NCBI GenBank assembly: GCA_964607485.1
Contig: CAZSKP010000011.1
Location: 69,727-127,648, forward strand
Direction of reading: 5' to 3'
Length of the DNA stretch: 57,922 nt
Origin: an uncultured bacterium
GTDB taxonomy: Bacteria > Abyssobacteria > SURF-5
Shown here: in pieces, positions 49,570 to 57,922 of the stretch
Layout: the number at the start of each line of letters is the position of its first letter
Position numbering within the stretch: position 1 is the first letter of the stretch
Translations under genes and position numbers: made by a program
The notes under the pieces: model-generated
What the model was told of the DNA's origin: nothing
The model's input: only the letters and a program-made list of their open reading frames with translations
The model's database searches: none

Positions 49570-50748
49570 CTACCCAGACCCGAACACGTGGTCGTTTATC
49601 CGTGTCAGCCCCACGATGTCATACACGTCGGTGTCGAAGAAAGGAACAGTCTTAAAGGCCGTCCCTGCATCAATGTGGTCGGTCAGCGTGCGGATGTTCT
49701 CCGCATCGATCTCGGCGAGGTTGCGGTAGTTGTTCAGATTCGCGGCGAGGCTGGCGGCGACGGCCTGCATCGCCTTCCTTTCGTCCGCAGTCCTTGCGAG
49801 CGAGCTGCCTATCTTATTCGCCAGCTTCTCCGCTCCGCCGTCGGCCAGAACGCCCTCGCTCTCGACGTCGGAAGCGAGGTCGGTGTGCACCTTGTTGACG
49901 ATCAGTCCGCAGAAGGGCATCCCATACTCTATGAGCTTATCATAGAAGTACGTACACTCCTCGATCGTGATATCCTCGGGACTCGTTATGAGCAAGAAGG
50001 CCGTCGTCCTGTCGCGCAGGAGCTCATACACGCCCTTCGCCCGCTCCTTGAACCCGTCGTACATTCCCTCGAACGCTATGAAGAAATCCGAGGCCACTTT
50101 CAGCGCGCCCATGCCCGTGACCCTCTCAAGCGTGCGCAGCACGACGCCCGCGCCCTTCTGGAACACCCGCAGGCCGACCTTGCCCGCGGAGAAGTACGGT
50201 TTCAGGAACCATTTGAGCACGCGCCCGTCCAGGAAGTCGGTCATGCGCCTGGGGGCATCCAGGAAATCGAGCGCATGCTTCGTGGGCGGCGTGTCGAGCA
50301 CGATCAGGTCGTACCTGTCCTCGGCGTGTATCTCAAAGAGCTTTTCCATCGCCATGTATTCCTGCGAGCCCGCGAACGCGTCGGAGATGTTCTTGTAGAG
50401 GGTATTGTTGAGAATCCTGTCCCGCATCTCGTCGTTGAGCGAGTGCCTGATTATCAGCTCGTCGAAGGTGCGTTTTGTGTCGAGCATCATTGCATAAAGC
50501 TGGCCCTTCGGGTTCATGCCCGCCTCGGCGAATTTCTGGGGAGACACGCGTCGTTCCTCATTCCCCAGCTCGGACAATCCGAGGGAATTCGCGAGGCGCT
50601 TCGCCGGGTCGATTGTGAGCACTATCACCTTCCGTCCGCGCATGGCGGCGTGAATGGCGATTGCCGCAGCCGTGGTCGTCTTGCCGACGCCGCCGCTGCC
50701 GCAGCACACAATGATCTCTCTCGTGTCGACCAGTTCGTCGAACCGCAT
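49570..50748 (-). CDS. ArsA/Get3-family ATPase, subunit 2
   Basis: GSGGVGKTT, TIDPAKRLA, QEYMAMEKL and LDTPPTKHALDFL. Confidence 0.9.
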   Translation of the reverse strand: MRFDELVDTREIIVCCGSGGVGKTTTAAAIAIHAAMRGRKVIVLTIDPAKRLANSLGLSELGNEERRVSPQKFAEAGMNPKGQLYAMMLDTKRTFDELIIRHSLNDEMRDRILNNTLYKNISDAFAGSQEYMAMEKLFEIHAEDRYDLIVLDTPPTKHALDFLDAPRRMTDFLDGRVLKWFLKPYFSAGKVGLRVFQKGAGVVLRTLERVTGMGALKVASDFFIAFEGMYDGFKERAKGVYELLRDRTTAFLLITSPEDITIEECTYFYDKLIEYGMPFCGLIVNKVHTDLASDVESEGVLADGGAEKLANKIGSSLARTADERKAMQAVAASLAANLNNYRNLAEIDAENIRTLTDHIDAGTAFKTVPFFDTDVYDIVGLTRINDHVFGSG

Positions 50749-51729
50749 TCAGCTTCCTCTCCGGAACATCTTCATCATGTGGGTGCTCACACGCTCGACA
50801 AGACTGATATCAAAGCTTTTCGTGAAGATGAAGGGGACTTGTATGAACTCATGCCGGAGCATGCGTTTCAGTTTTGAGATATAGAACTCGTTGAGCTCCC
50901 TCCGGCGCATCGCGGCCTCGAGGTAGTCGAACATCACTCGGGCCATCTTCCGCTCGGGCTTGGTGAGCTTCTTGAGGCCGTTGGCCTCGGCCCTTCGCTT
51001 CATCGTGCTCCACACCGCCATGTCTCGCCCTTTTAAGACCTGGGGGAAGACCGAGTTGATTATGATATAGCCGATGGGAATCCCCAAGAGCTCGCGCACG
51101 TTCTGACAAGTCTCCACCGTTTCGTTGACGGGCATTTCTTCGGGGAGCGTGACGATGTTGAGCATCGTCTTGGCCGGGTCGGTCATGAGTGCTATAATGC
51201 CGTCGGCCTGCTTCTTCACCCACCCCACCTTCACGGTTTCGGCCGCCGCGAAGGGAACGCGAAGAAAGGCCACGCCGTGCCCGCTCGCGGGCGCATCGAC
51301 TATGATGATATCGTATTTCGGCCTGCCGCTCCGGTCCTCTTCGGCCTCCAGCAGCATGATCTTGCCCAGCGTCACAAACTCTTTCAGCCCCGGCGCGGCT
51401 GCCACAAAATATCTGTAGATCGGGCTGCCGAGTATCTGCCTCGCCATCCTCTTCGACCGTATTTGTATCCCGACGAATTCGTCCATCGCGTTCATCGGCT
51501 GCAGGTTTCTGGCGTAGATGTTGTCGTGCACGAAGGCTCCCTCGTAGCCGACCTCGGGGCAACCGAACAGACGCGAGACGCGCTCCTTGTCGTCCATTTC
51601 CACGACAAGCACTCGCTTGCCCAGACGCGACGCCGACATCGCCAGGGCGGCGCAGATGGTGCTTTTTCCCACTCCTCCCTTGCCCGAGACCATGAGGAGC
51701 CGTTTTTCAAATATTTCCAGCTTTGCCAT
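50749..51729 (-). CDS. ArsA/Get3-family ATPase, subunit 1
   Basis: GKGGVGKST, APGLKE, DAPASGHG and PEEMPVNET. Confidence 0.9.
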   Translation of the reverse strand: MAKLEIFEKRLLMVSGKGGVGKSTICAALAMSASRLGKRVLVVEMDDKERVSRLFGCPEVGYEGAFVHDNIYARNLQPMNAMDEFVGIQIRSKRMARQILGSPIYRYFVAAAPGLKEFVTLGKIMLLEAEEDRSGRPKYDIIIVDAPASGHGVAFLRVPFAAAETVKVGWVKKQADGIIALMTDPAKTMLNIVTLPEEMPVNETVETCQNVRELLGIPIGYIIINSVFPQVLKGRDMAVWSTMKRRAEANGLKKLTKPERKMARVMFDYLEAAMRRRELNEFYISKLKRMLRHEFIQVPFIFTKSFDISLVERVSTHMMKMFRRGS

Positions 51730-51738
51730 CCTGTGATA

Positions 51739-52584
51739 TCACTCCGTCCGGCGCTCCGAGAGAGCGAGACGCAGCCGCTCGAAGACCTGGCCCGAAAAAA
51801 GCAACGCGACGTGCCCCACGCCCCGAACCATGAAGTTGTCGCACGGTTGGGGAAGCATCGCATTCTCGGGCGGCAGTACGATGTTGTCGAAATCCGACCA
51901 GATGGAGACCATGTTCACGGAACCGAGAGATGAAGAGTGTCCGCACAGGTCCCGTATGAGCGACGAATCCGCTCTGAACTGCTCCGCCGTCTTGAACAGC
52001 CCGAGGGCGGCCATCTTCGTGCCGCGATGTGGGGCGCCGAGCGTTATAGCCGTGCCCACGCAGGACGCGCCGGCGAGTTTCTCGACGAAATACCGCACGA
52101 TGAGCCCGCCCATGCTGTGCCCGACGAGGTCAACTCTGTCGCAACCTGTCTCAGACATCGCGACGCTTGCCTTCTCCGATAGCTGCCCGGCAAACTGGGG
52201 CACCGAGGCCGAGGCCGGCCGGAAATTGGGCACGATCACGTTGCTCCACCCTGCCCTCCTGAGCCGATAGCGGAGTAGAAAGAACGCCGACCTGTTGTGC
52301 CGGTAGCCGTGGCACAGTATCAGAGGGCGCTCGCCCGGCTGCAGCTTGGCGGGCGAACGCTCGGCCGCGACGTATCCGAAAGGATAAAGCAGCACGCAGA
52401 GGAACACCGCGGCGACCTCCCCCGCGACGCCGAGCGTCTTCTCGAATGCCGAGGCTGTGACGTATCCGGTTGTGTCCGGGGCCTCCCTGTTTCCGAGTTC
52501 GTACCGCCGGATTATGTAGGAGACGACCACGCCGAGGGTGACGACGATAAGGAGTATTTCAAGAAGCTTCAGGGTGCCCTGCAT
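51739..52584 (-). CDS. Membrane-anchored alpha/beta-hydrolase (lipase-like)
   Basis: N-terminal TM segments, HG oxyanion motif, GHSMGG, D in SDFDNIV and H in GHVALL. Confidence 0.85.
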   Translation of the reverse strand: MQGTLKLLEILLIVVTLGVVVSYIIRRYELGNREAPDTTGYVTASAFEKTLGVAGEVAAVFLCVLLYPFGYVAAERSPAKLQPGERPLILCHGYRHNRSAFFLLRYRLRRAGWSNVIVPNFRPASASVPQFAGQLSEKASVAMSETGCDRVDLVGHSMGGLIVRYFVEKLAGASCVGTAITLGAPHRGTKMAALGLFKTAEQFRADSSLIRDLCGHSSSLGSVNMVSIWSDFDNIVLPPENAMLPQPCDNFMVRGVGHVALLFSGQVFERLRLALSERRTE

Positions 52585-52643
52585 TGAGAGAGGTCAGGAA
52601 ACGTCGTTCCGGCCGGCGCCCTTGAGAAACGTCGAGCGATCTC

Positions 52644-54416
52644 TCAGGTGCGAGCCCACGCGAAAAGTTTGCGGTCGCCATAGTTGGGCGCCAGTTGAGC
52701 CATAGTTTGTTGAATCTCGCTCCGCACCTCTTCCGTGGTGGAGAGCTCAAGAAGCCTGGAGGCGAAGCTCCTGACATCCTTGAGTGAGACGGAGCGGATG
52801 AGTTTCTTTATTTCCGGAATCACGGTTGCGGCCATGCTGAACTCGTTCAGGCCGAGTCCGACGAGCACCAGCGCGATGGGCAGGTCGCCCGCGACCTCGC
52901 CGCAGACGCTGAGGCCCACCCCCGCCTCGCGGGCGGCGTCCACGACCAGCTTCAGCATGCGCAGTATCCCCGGGTGAGCGGGTTCGTACAGGTGCGCGAT
53001 CCGCTCGTTCACCCTGTCGACCGCGAGAGAATACTGGATGAGGTCGTTCGTGCCGATGCTGAAGAAGTCCACCTCCCGCGCCAGCACATCCGCGATGATG
53101 ACGGCCGCCGGCGTCTCTATCATCACGCCGACGGGCATCTCGGGGTCGAACGCGATTCCTTCGGCCTGAAGTTCCTCCCTCGCCTCATTCAGGACGACCT
53201 TGGCCCGCGCAAGCTCGGAGAGGCTGGTGATCATCGGGAAGATGAGCTTCACCTTCCCGCTCGCGCTTGCCCTCAGGATGGCCCGAAGCTGGGGCTTGAA
53301 TATTTCCGGATGCTCGAGACAGAACCTGATGGCGCGGCATCCCATGAAAGGATTGATCTCGCGGTAGCCCACCTGTCCGCCCAGCAGCTTGTCTCCGCCA
53401 ATGTCCAGGGTTCTGATGGTGACGGCGTCGGGGCTGACAAGCTTCGCGACCTTGCTATACGCCTCGGCCTGCTCGTCCTCGCTTGGAGGCGCGGTTCTGT
53501 TGAGGAACAGGAACTCGGTGCGAAGCAGGCCGATTCCCTGAGCGCCGTGTCCGAGAGCCGACTCGACCTCTTCCGGCAGGTCGATGTTGGCGGAGAGCAC
53601 GACCGTGTGGCCGTCGAGCGTCTGCGCGGGCAGATGTCTGAGCTGTTCGAGCACGCGCTCCGATTCGAGATGACGCTCCCGGCGGATCTGATACTCGTTC
53701 AGCGTCTTCTCGTCGGGGTCCACGATCACAATACCTTCGACCCCGTCCACTATTATGATGTCGTCGTTCCTGACGTACTGGGAGGCGTCTTTGGCTCCGA
53801 CGACGGCGGGGATCTCGAGGGCTTTGGCCATGATGGCCGTGTGCGAGGTGCGGCCGCCGACGTCGGTCGCGAAAGCGAGCACGTTCTTCCTGTCCATGCT
53901 GGCGGTGTCGGCGGGGGTAAGGTCGTGAGAGATGACGATGACTTTCTCGCTCAAATGGGAAAGGCTCTGCTTTTCTTTTCGCAACAGCTTGCGCAGAACC
54001 CTGCCGCTGACGGCCTGTATATCGTGAAGCCGATGTCGAAGGTACTCATCCGGCACGGAGGAAAACCTTTCCTCAATCGCCTCGACGTTCTCGGAGAAGA
54101 CGAACTCGACGTTTTTCTTCTCCTCGCGCACCCTTCTTATCGTCTCTTCGGTGAGCACCGGGTCCTCGAGCAGGTGGACGTGAGTATCGAAGATTTCCGT
54201 CAGGCGGGGCGCGTCGGCTCTCTCTTCGAATTTCTCCTTTACCGACAGTATCTCCCGCTTGCTGTCCGCAATCGCCTTCTTGAACCGCTCGACCTCTCGC
54301 TCGACCTTATCCTCGGATATCTTGCGAGGGAAGATCCGGAAGCTTTCGCTGTGAAGAACGTACGCCCTTCCTATGACGATTCCGGGCGAAGCGCCTATTC
54401 CCGTCAATTTTTTCAC
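52644..54416 (-). CDS. ptsI: Phosphoenolpyruvate-protein phosphotransferase (PTS enzyme I)
   Basis: GIGASPG, GGRTSHTAI, RTEFLF, SIGTNDLIQY and CGE. GTG 54416 overlaps the ptsH stop. An alternative ATG lies at 54446. Confidence 0.95.
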   Translation of the reverse strand: MKKLTGIGASPGIVIGRAYVLHSESFRIFPRKISEDKVEREVERFKKAIADSKREILSVKEKFEERADAPRLTEIFDTHVHLLEDPVLTEETIRRVREEKKNVEFVFSENVEAIEERFSSVPDEYLRHRLHDIQAVSGRVLRKLLRKEKQSLSHLSEKVIVISHDLTPADTASMDRKNVLAFATDVGGRTSHTAIMAKALEIPAVVGAKDASQYVRNDDIIIVDGVEGIVIVDPDEKTLNEYQIRRERHLESERVLEQLRHLPAQTLDGHTVVLSANIDLPEEVESALGHGAQGIGLLRTEFLFLNRTAPPSEDEQAEAYSKVAKLVSPDAVTIRTLDIGGDKLLGGQVGYREINPFMGCRAIRFCLEHPEIFKPQLRAILRASASGKVKLIFPMITSLSELARAKVVLNEAREELQAEGIAFDPEMPVGVMIETPAAVIIADVLAREVDFFSIGTNDLIQYSLAVDRVNERIAHLYEPAHPGILRMLKLVVDAAREAGVGLSVCGEVAGDLPIALVLVGLGLNEFSMAATVIPEIKKLIRSVSLKDVRSFASRLLELSTTEEVRSEIQQTMAQLAPNYGDRKLFAWART

Positions 54417-54724
54417 TGGTTCACCTGCGGACTCTCGCCGAGACATTGTTGAAACATCCGCTCGACGGTGTCGAGCACTTCCTCGGCGTCTTCACCCTCG
54501 GCGGTCACCATCAGCTCGGTTCCCTTGACCGCTGCGAGGGTGAGCACTCCTATGATGCTCTTGGCGTTGACTCTGTAGCCATCCTTTTCAATATACACTT
54601 CAGAGACGTATTTGTTAAGTTCCGACACGAGGTTCTTCGCCGGCCTCGCGTGCAGCCCCACTTCATTCTGCACAATGACCTTCCGGCGCAACACCCGGCC
54701 TTCGCGTTTTCGTGGTTTTCTCAT
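54413..54724 (-). CDS. ptsH: Phosphocarrier protein HPr
   Basis: GLHARPA (His15) and NAKSIIGV (Ser46). Confidence 0.93.
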   Translation of the reverse strand: MRKPRKREGRVLRRKVIVQNEVGLHARPAKNLVSELNKYVSEVYIEKDGYRVNAKSIIGVLTLAAVKGTELMVTAEGEDAEEVLDTVERMFQQCLGESPQVNQ

Positions 54725-55584
54725 TTCTTTCGAATGTCCCTGTGCGAGACGTTTGCCTCGAACCCCTTCTTCTTCAAGTAATCTCTCAGCAGGTTGACGA
54801 GCACGACCGACCTGTGGCGACCGCCCGTGCAGCCGAACGCGACCGTGAGGTAGCTCTTGCCCTCTTTTTGGAACTGAGGAAGCAAGAACTCGACCATATC
54901 CTCGAGCTTCTCCACAAACATCCTGCTCGTTGCCGAGCGCAACACGTAGTCGATGACTTTCTTCTGGTTGCCGGTGCTCTCTTTCAGCCTCGGCACATAG
55001 TTGGGATTGGGGAGAAACCGGACATCGAACACCATGTCCGCCTGCGCGGGAACGCCGTATCGATACCCGAACGACACGAGGTTGACGGCGAGCGGACGCG
55101 AATCGTCCCCTGCAAAGAACATCCCGAGCCGTTCCTTCAGTTGGTGTATGTTGAGGTCGGAGGTATCGATGATGTAATCCGCCATCCGACGCAGTTTCGC
55201 CATTTTTTCCCGCTCGCCCTCGATGGCGGCGGGCAACGACTTGTGGCCGCTCAACGGGTGTTTGCGCCTCGTCTCGCTGTAACGGTTGATCAGTATCTCC
55301 GTCCGGGCCTCGAGGAAGAGTATCTCGTAGCTGAACTGGTTCTTCTTCAAGAACTTCAACTCATCGAACAGCCTGTCGAGAAACCCGCCCTCGCGTATGT
55401 CAATTCCCAGGGCCACCCTTTTCAGCCGGCCTCCGGACTCCATGCACACCTCGGCGAACTTGGGGATCAACATCGTGGGAAGATTGTCGACGCAGAAAAA
55501 GCCGACGTCTTCAAGGCATTTGATCGCCTGGCTCTTGCCCGCGCCGGAGAGGCCGGTGATTATCACAAAATGGCTTCGTCTCAT
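54721..55584 (-). CDS. rapZ: RNase adapter RapZ / YvcJ P-loop protein
   Basis: GLSGAGKS, DNLP, SFGY, DVRFLPNP and GCTGGRHRSV. Confidence 0.95.
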   Translation of the reverse strand: MRRSHFVIITGLSGAGKSQAIKCLEDVGFFCVDNLPTMLIPKFAEVCMESGGRLKRVALGIDIREGGFLDRLFDELKFLKKNQFSYEILFLEARTEILINRYSETRRKHPLSGHKSLPAAIEGEREKMAKLRRMADYIIDTSDLNIHQLKERLGMFFAGDDSRPLAVNLVSFGYRYGVPAQADMVFDVRFLPNPNYVPRLKESTGNQKKVIDYVLRSATSRMFVEKLEDMVEFLLPQFQKEGKSYLTVAFGCTGGRHRSVVLVNLLRDYLKKKGFEANVSHRDIRKK

Positions 55585-56543
55585 GGTTCAAAATCATCCG
55601 GGGCCTTGTCTGCGGAGGCGAGCGCCTGAGTGAGCCGATCATTGAGAAGTTTGTCGCTATCGAGGCCCATCTCTCTGAGCCGATGATTCAGGGCGGCGAC
55701 CTCGACGATGATCGCGATGTTCCTGCCCGGCCTGACGGGGACGGTTATCTTCGGAAGCTTCACCTCGAGCACGGTGTAGGAGTCCTCGGTGATACCGACG
55801 CGGTCATATTCTTTCGAGGCGTCCCAGTCCTCGAGCTCGACGATAAAGTTGATGCGTTTCGTATTCCTTATCGCGCCCACTCCGAAGATGTTTTTCACAT
55901 CGAATATTCCCAGGCCGCGTATCTCCATGTGATGCCGCAGCAGGCTCGAGCCCTCGCCGTACAGGAACCTGTCCGCCCTGCGGCGGATGAACACGACGTC
56001 GTCGGCGACGAGCCGGTGACCTCTCTCGATGAGCTCGAGCGCACACTCGCTCTTGCCCACTCCTGCCCGGCCCATTATCATGACTCCCACTCCGTACACA
56101 TCCACCAGCACGCCGTGAAGGCTCGTCTCGGGCGAAAACTGGTTGTCGAGGAACACGATTATCTTGCTTACCACTTTTGTCGTGGTCAGAAGCGACCTGA
56201 GCACGGGCACCGATGCCCGGTTCGCCTGCTCTATGAACTCTTCGGGCGGGGTGAGGCCGCGCGTGATGATGAAGCACGGTATCTCGTACTTGAAAACCCG
56301 CTGCAGCCGATCCCTCAAGGTGGCGTCTTCAAGCTGCTTCATGTAGTTGACCTCGGTCAGCCCCATGACCTGCACCCTGTCAAAGGCGAAGAAATCGAGG
56401 TAACCCGCAAGCGCGAGGCCGGGACGATTGATGTCGGGGATGGCCATCGTTCTTTCGAGCCCGTTTTCGCCCGCAATGATCTGGACCTTGAGGTTGTCCT
56501 TCGTCTTTTCGATGAAATCGGCTATGGTCAGGCTTTTAATCAT
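55581..56543 (-). CDS. hprK: HPr(Ser) kinase/phosphorylase
   Basis: RPGL, HGVL, GVGKSECALELIERGHRLVADD, EIRGLG and PGRN. Confidence 0.96.
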   Translation of the reverse strand: MIKSLTIADFIEKTKDNLKVQIIAGENGLERTMAIPDINRPGLALAGYLDFFAFDRVQVMGLTEVNYMKQLEDATLRDRLQRVFKYEIPCFIITRGLTPPEEFIEQANRASVPVLRSLLTTTKVVSKIIVFLDNQFSPETSLHGVLVDVYGVGVMIMGRAGVGKSECALELIERGHRLVADDVVFIRRRADRFLYGEGSSLLRHHMEIRGLGIFDVKNIFGVGAIRNTKRINFIVELEDWDASKEYDRVGITEDSYTVLEVKLPKITVPVRPGRNIAIIVEVAALNHRLREMGLDSDKLLNDRLTQALASADKAPDDFEP

Positions 56544-56565
56544 GGCCTATCCGACCTCCGGCCTT

Positions 56566-57123
56566 CTAAAAAGACCGCCTGAGGAGGCCGTAGCCTCCGT
56601 CTTTCTTCCTGAACACCACGTTGACCTCATCCGTCTCTTCATTCACAAATGGAAAGAACTCTGTGCCGGAAGCGTCGAGCTGCATTATCGCTTCTTCGAC
56701 CGACATGGGCTTCGGAGCGAACTCTTCATTGACTGACACGCGGTACGGGCCGTACTGCTCCACCAGTTCCTCGGGTTCGGGAGCTTCTTCGGCGGGCTCC
56801 TCCTCGGGGGGCTGTGGTTCGGCACTCTTTCGCCTCTTCGCCTGCCGCGTCTTCGTGGTGCGTCGGCGGAGCTGGCGCTCGATCTTCTCGAAAGCCTTGT
56901 CTATGGATGCGTACATATCATCCGTGGCCTCTTGGCTGTGTAAACGAACGCCGTTTCCCAGAACCGTGATTTCGGCGAACTGTCGGTATTTCTCCACCGA
57001 GAGCACGACGCGCACATCCGTGACACGGTCGAAGGAGGAATCCAATTTCTCCATTTTTTTCTCGATGTGAGTGCGAATCGGGTCGGTAATGTCTACATGA
57101 CGCCCCGTTACCGTAATCTGCAT
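56566..57123 (-). CDS. hpf: Ribosome hibernation promoting factor (long form)
   Basis: ITVTGRH, DMYASID, KPMSVEEAIMQ and NVVFRKKDGGYG. Confidence 0.93.
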   Translation of the reverse strand: MQITVTGRHVDITDPIRTHIEKKMEKLDSSFDRVTDVRVVLSVEKYRQFAEITVLGNGVRLHSQEATDDMYASIDKAFEKIERQLRRRTTKTRQAKRRKSAEPQPPEEEPAEEAPEPEELVEQYGPYRVSVNEEFAPKPMSVEEAIMQLDASGTEFFPFVNEETDEVNVVFRKKDGGYGLLRRSF

Positions 57124-57279
57124 TCGTACGCTCCTCGGGCATTGCAGCCCTCACAAACAGTTGCATTTTGTTGAGTCATTCGCCGGCGATGATAAACGAG
57201 GTCGCCCCCGCAAACCGGGTCGCTCGCGGGAGAGACCGCCTGAGAGAAAGGCAAACGTGGAGCTTAACAACTCAAGGCA

Positions 57280-57308
57280 ATTATAGCACTTAGGATGGGT
57301 GGTGTCAA
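57280..57308 (-). promoter_or_regulatory. Consensus sigma70 promoter of the hpf-hprK-rapZ-pts operon
   Basis: TTGACA-N17-TATAAT on the minus strand. Confidence 0.78.
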
Positions 57309-57362
57309 TCACCGCGCGAGCCGTCTGCGCGTGTGCGACGCCTGCCCGTGCGCTCCCGATTA

Positions 57363-57922
57363 TCACGATTCTTTCGACGATTGCGGGCTCTTTTTCCGCC
57401 GTTTGCGGGAGGGGCGGAAGCTGAACTGCTCGCCCAGGTAAAGCTTCCGAGCTCGGGAGCTGGTGACAAGTTCTTGCGAGCTTCCCGAAACTTCGACCCT
57501 GCCTTCGTATATGAGGTAGGCCCGGTCGACGACTTCCAGCGTCTCGCGGACGCTGTGATCGGTCAGCAGTATGCCGATGTTCCGGTCCCTCAGCTTCCTT
57601 ATGAGTTCCTGCAGACTAAAGACCGATATGGGGTCCACTCCGGAGAAGGGCTCGTCCAGCATGATGAAATAGGGCGAGTTGATCAACGAGCGGCATATTT
57701 CCAGTCTTCTCCGTTCGCCTCCCGAGAGCGTGTATGCGGGCTGCTTGGCCAGGTGGGATATGCCGAACTCCTCCAGCAGGCTCTCGGCCCTTTCGACCCG
57801 TTCGTCGGCCGGGCAGCTGGAGTGTTCCAATATCGCGAGCAGGTTTTCCTCGACGCTCAGCTTGCGGAAAACCGAAGACTCCTGCGGCAGATACCCGATC
57901 CCCATCCGCGCGCGCTTATACA
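57363..57922 (-). CDS. lptB: LPS export ABC transporter ATPase (5'-partial)
   Basis: YLPQESSVFRKL, LSGGERRRLEI, DEPFSGVDP, TDHSVRETL and YLGEQF. Confidence 0.94.
   Translation of the reverse strand, partial: YKRARMGIGYLPQESSVFRKLSVEENLLAILEHSSCPADERVERAESLLEEFGISHLAKQPAYTLSGGERRRLEICRSLINSPYFIMLDEPFSGVDPISVFSLQELIRKLRDRNIGILLTDHSVRETLEVVDRAYLIYEGRVEVSGSSQELVTSSRARKLYLGEQFSFRPSRKRRKKSPQSSKES

Noticed and set aside
49570..51729. Arsenic-resistance operon
   Set aside because: No arsB, acr3, arsC, arsD or arsR. Motifs and context fit the Get3-like paired subfamily.

Overview
A GC-rich bacterial chromosomal segment from a diderm organism (lptB, mlaEFD, lgt/lspA, an outer-membrane channel) that also carries HprK and a long-form HPF. 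It looks like an anaerobic or candidate-phylum lineage, but taxonomy cannot be fixed from this window. Most of it is housekeeping: lptB-hpf-hprK-rapZ-ptsH-ptsI, ileS-dksA-lspA-lgt, tilS-hpt-ftsH-folP-glmM-pdxJ-nnrD, mlaEFD, pgi, znuACB, nadB and trpB2. Several visibly lower-GC one- or two-gene inserts interrupt it: a GIY-YIG nuclease, a NotI-family endonuclease plus a Dam-like DPPY methyltransferase, a linalool dehydratase/isomerase (LinD) homolog, a SAM methyltransferase, a truncated TPR gene and an LRR protein. I found no rRNA, tRNA, CRISPR array, integrase or transposase. The best leads are: (1) the LinD homolog sits between nadB and a diverged, frame-conserving 54-nt second copy of the nadB 3' end, which also supplies its stop codon; (2) a lipase + ArsA/Get3 ATPase pair + SCP2 lipid-carrier module follows the PTS genes; (3) the TPR and LRR inserts are bracketed by the same ordered pair of REP-like motifs; (4) a PTS EIIA domain is fused to a C4 zinc ribbon, while rpoN and ptsN are absent from the lptB-hpf locus; (5) a circularly permuted ATP-grasp ligase + amidohydrolase + glyoxalase-II-like operon; (6) two candidate structured RNAs. 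All family assignments come from motif recognition by eye, not from database searches.
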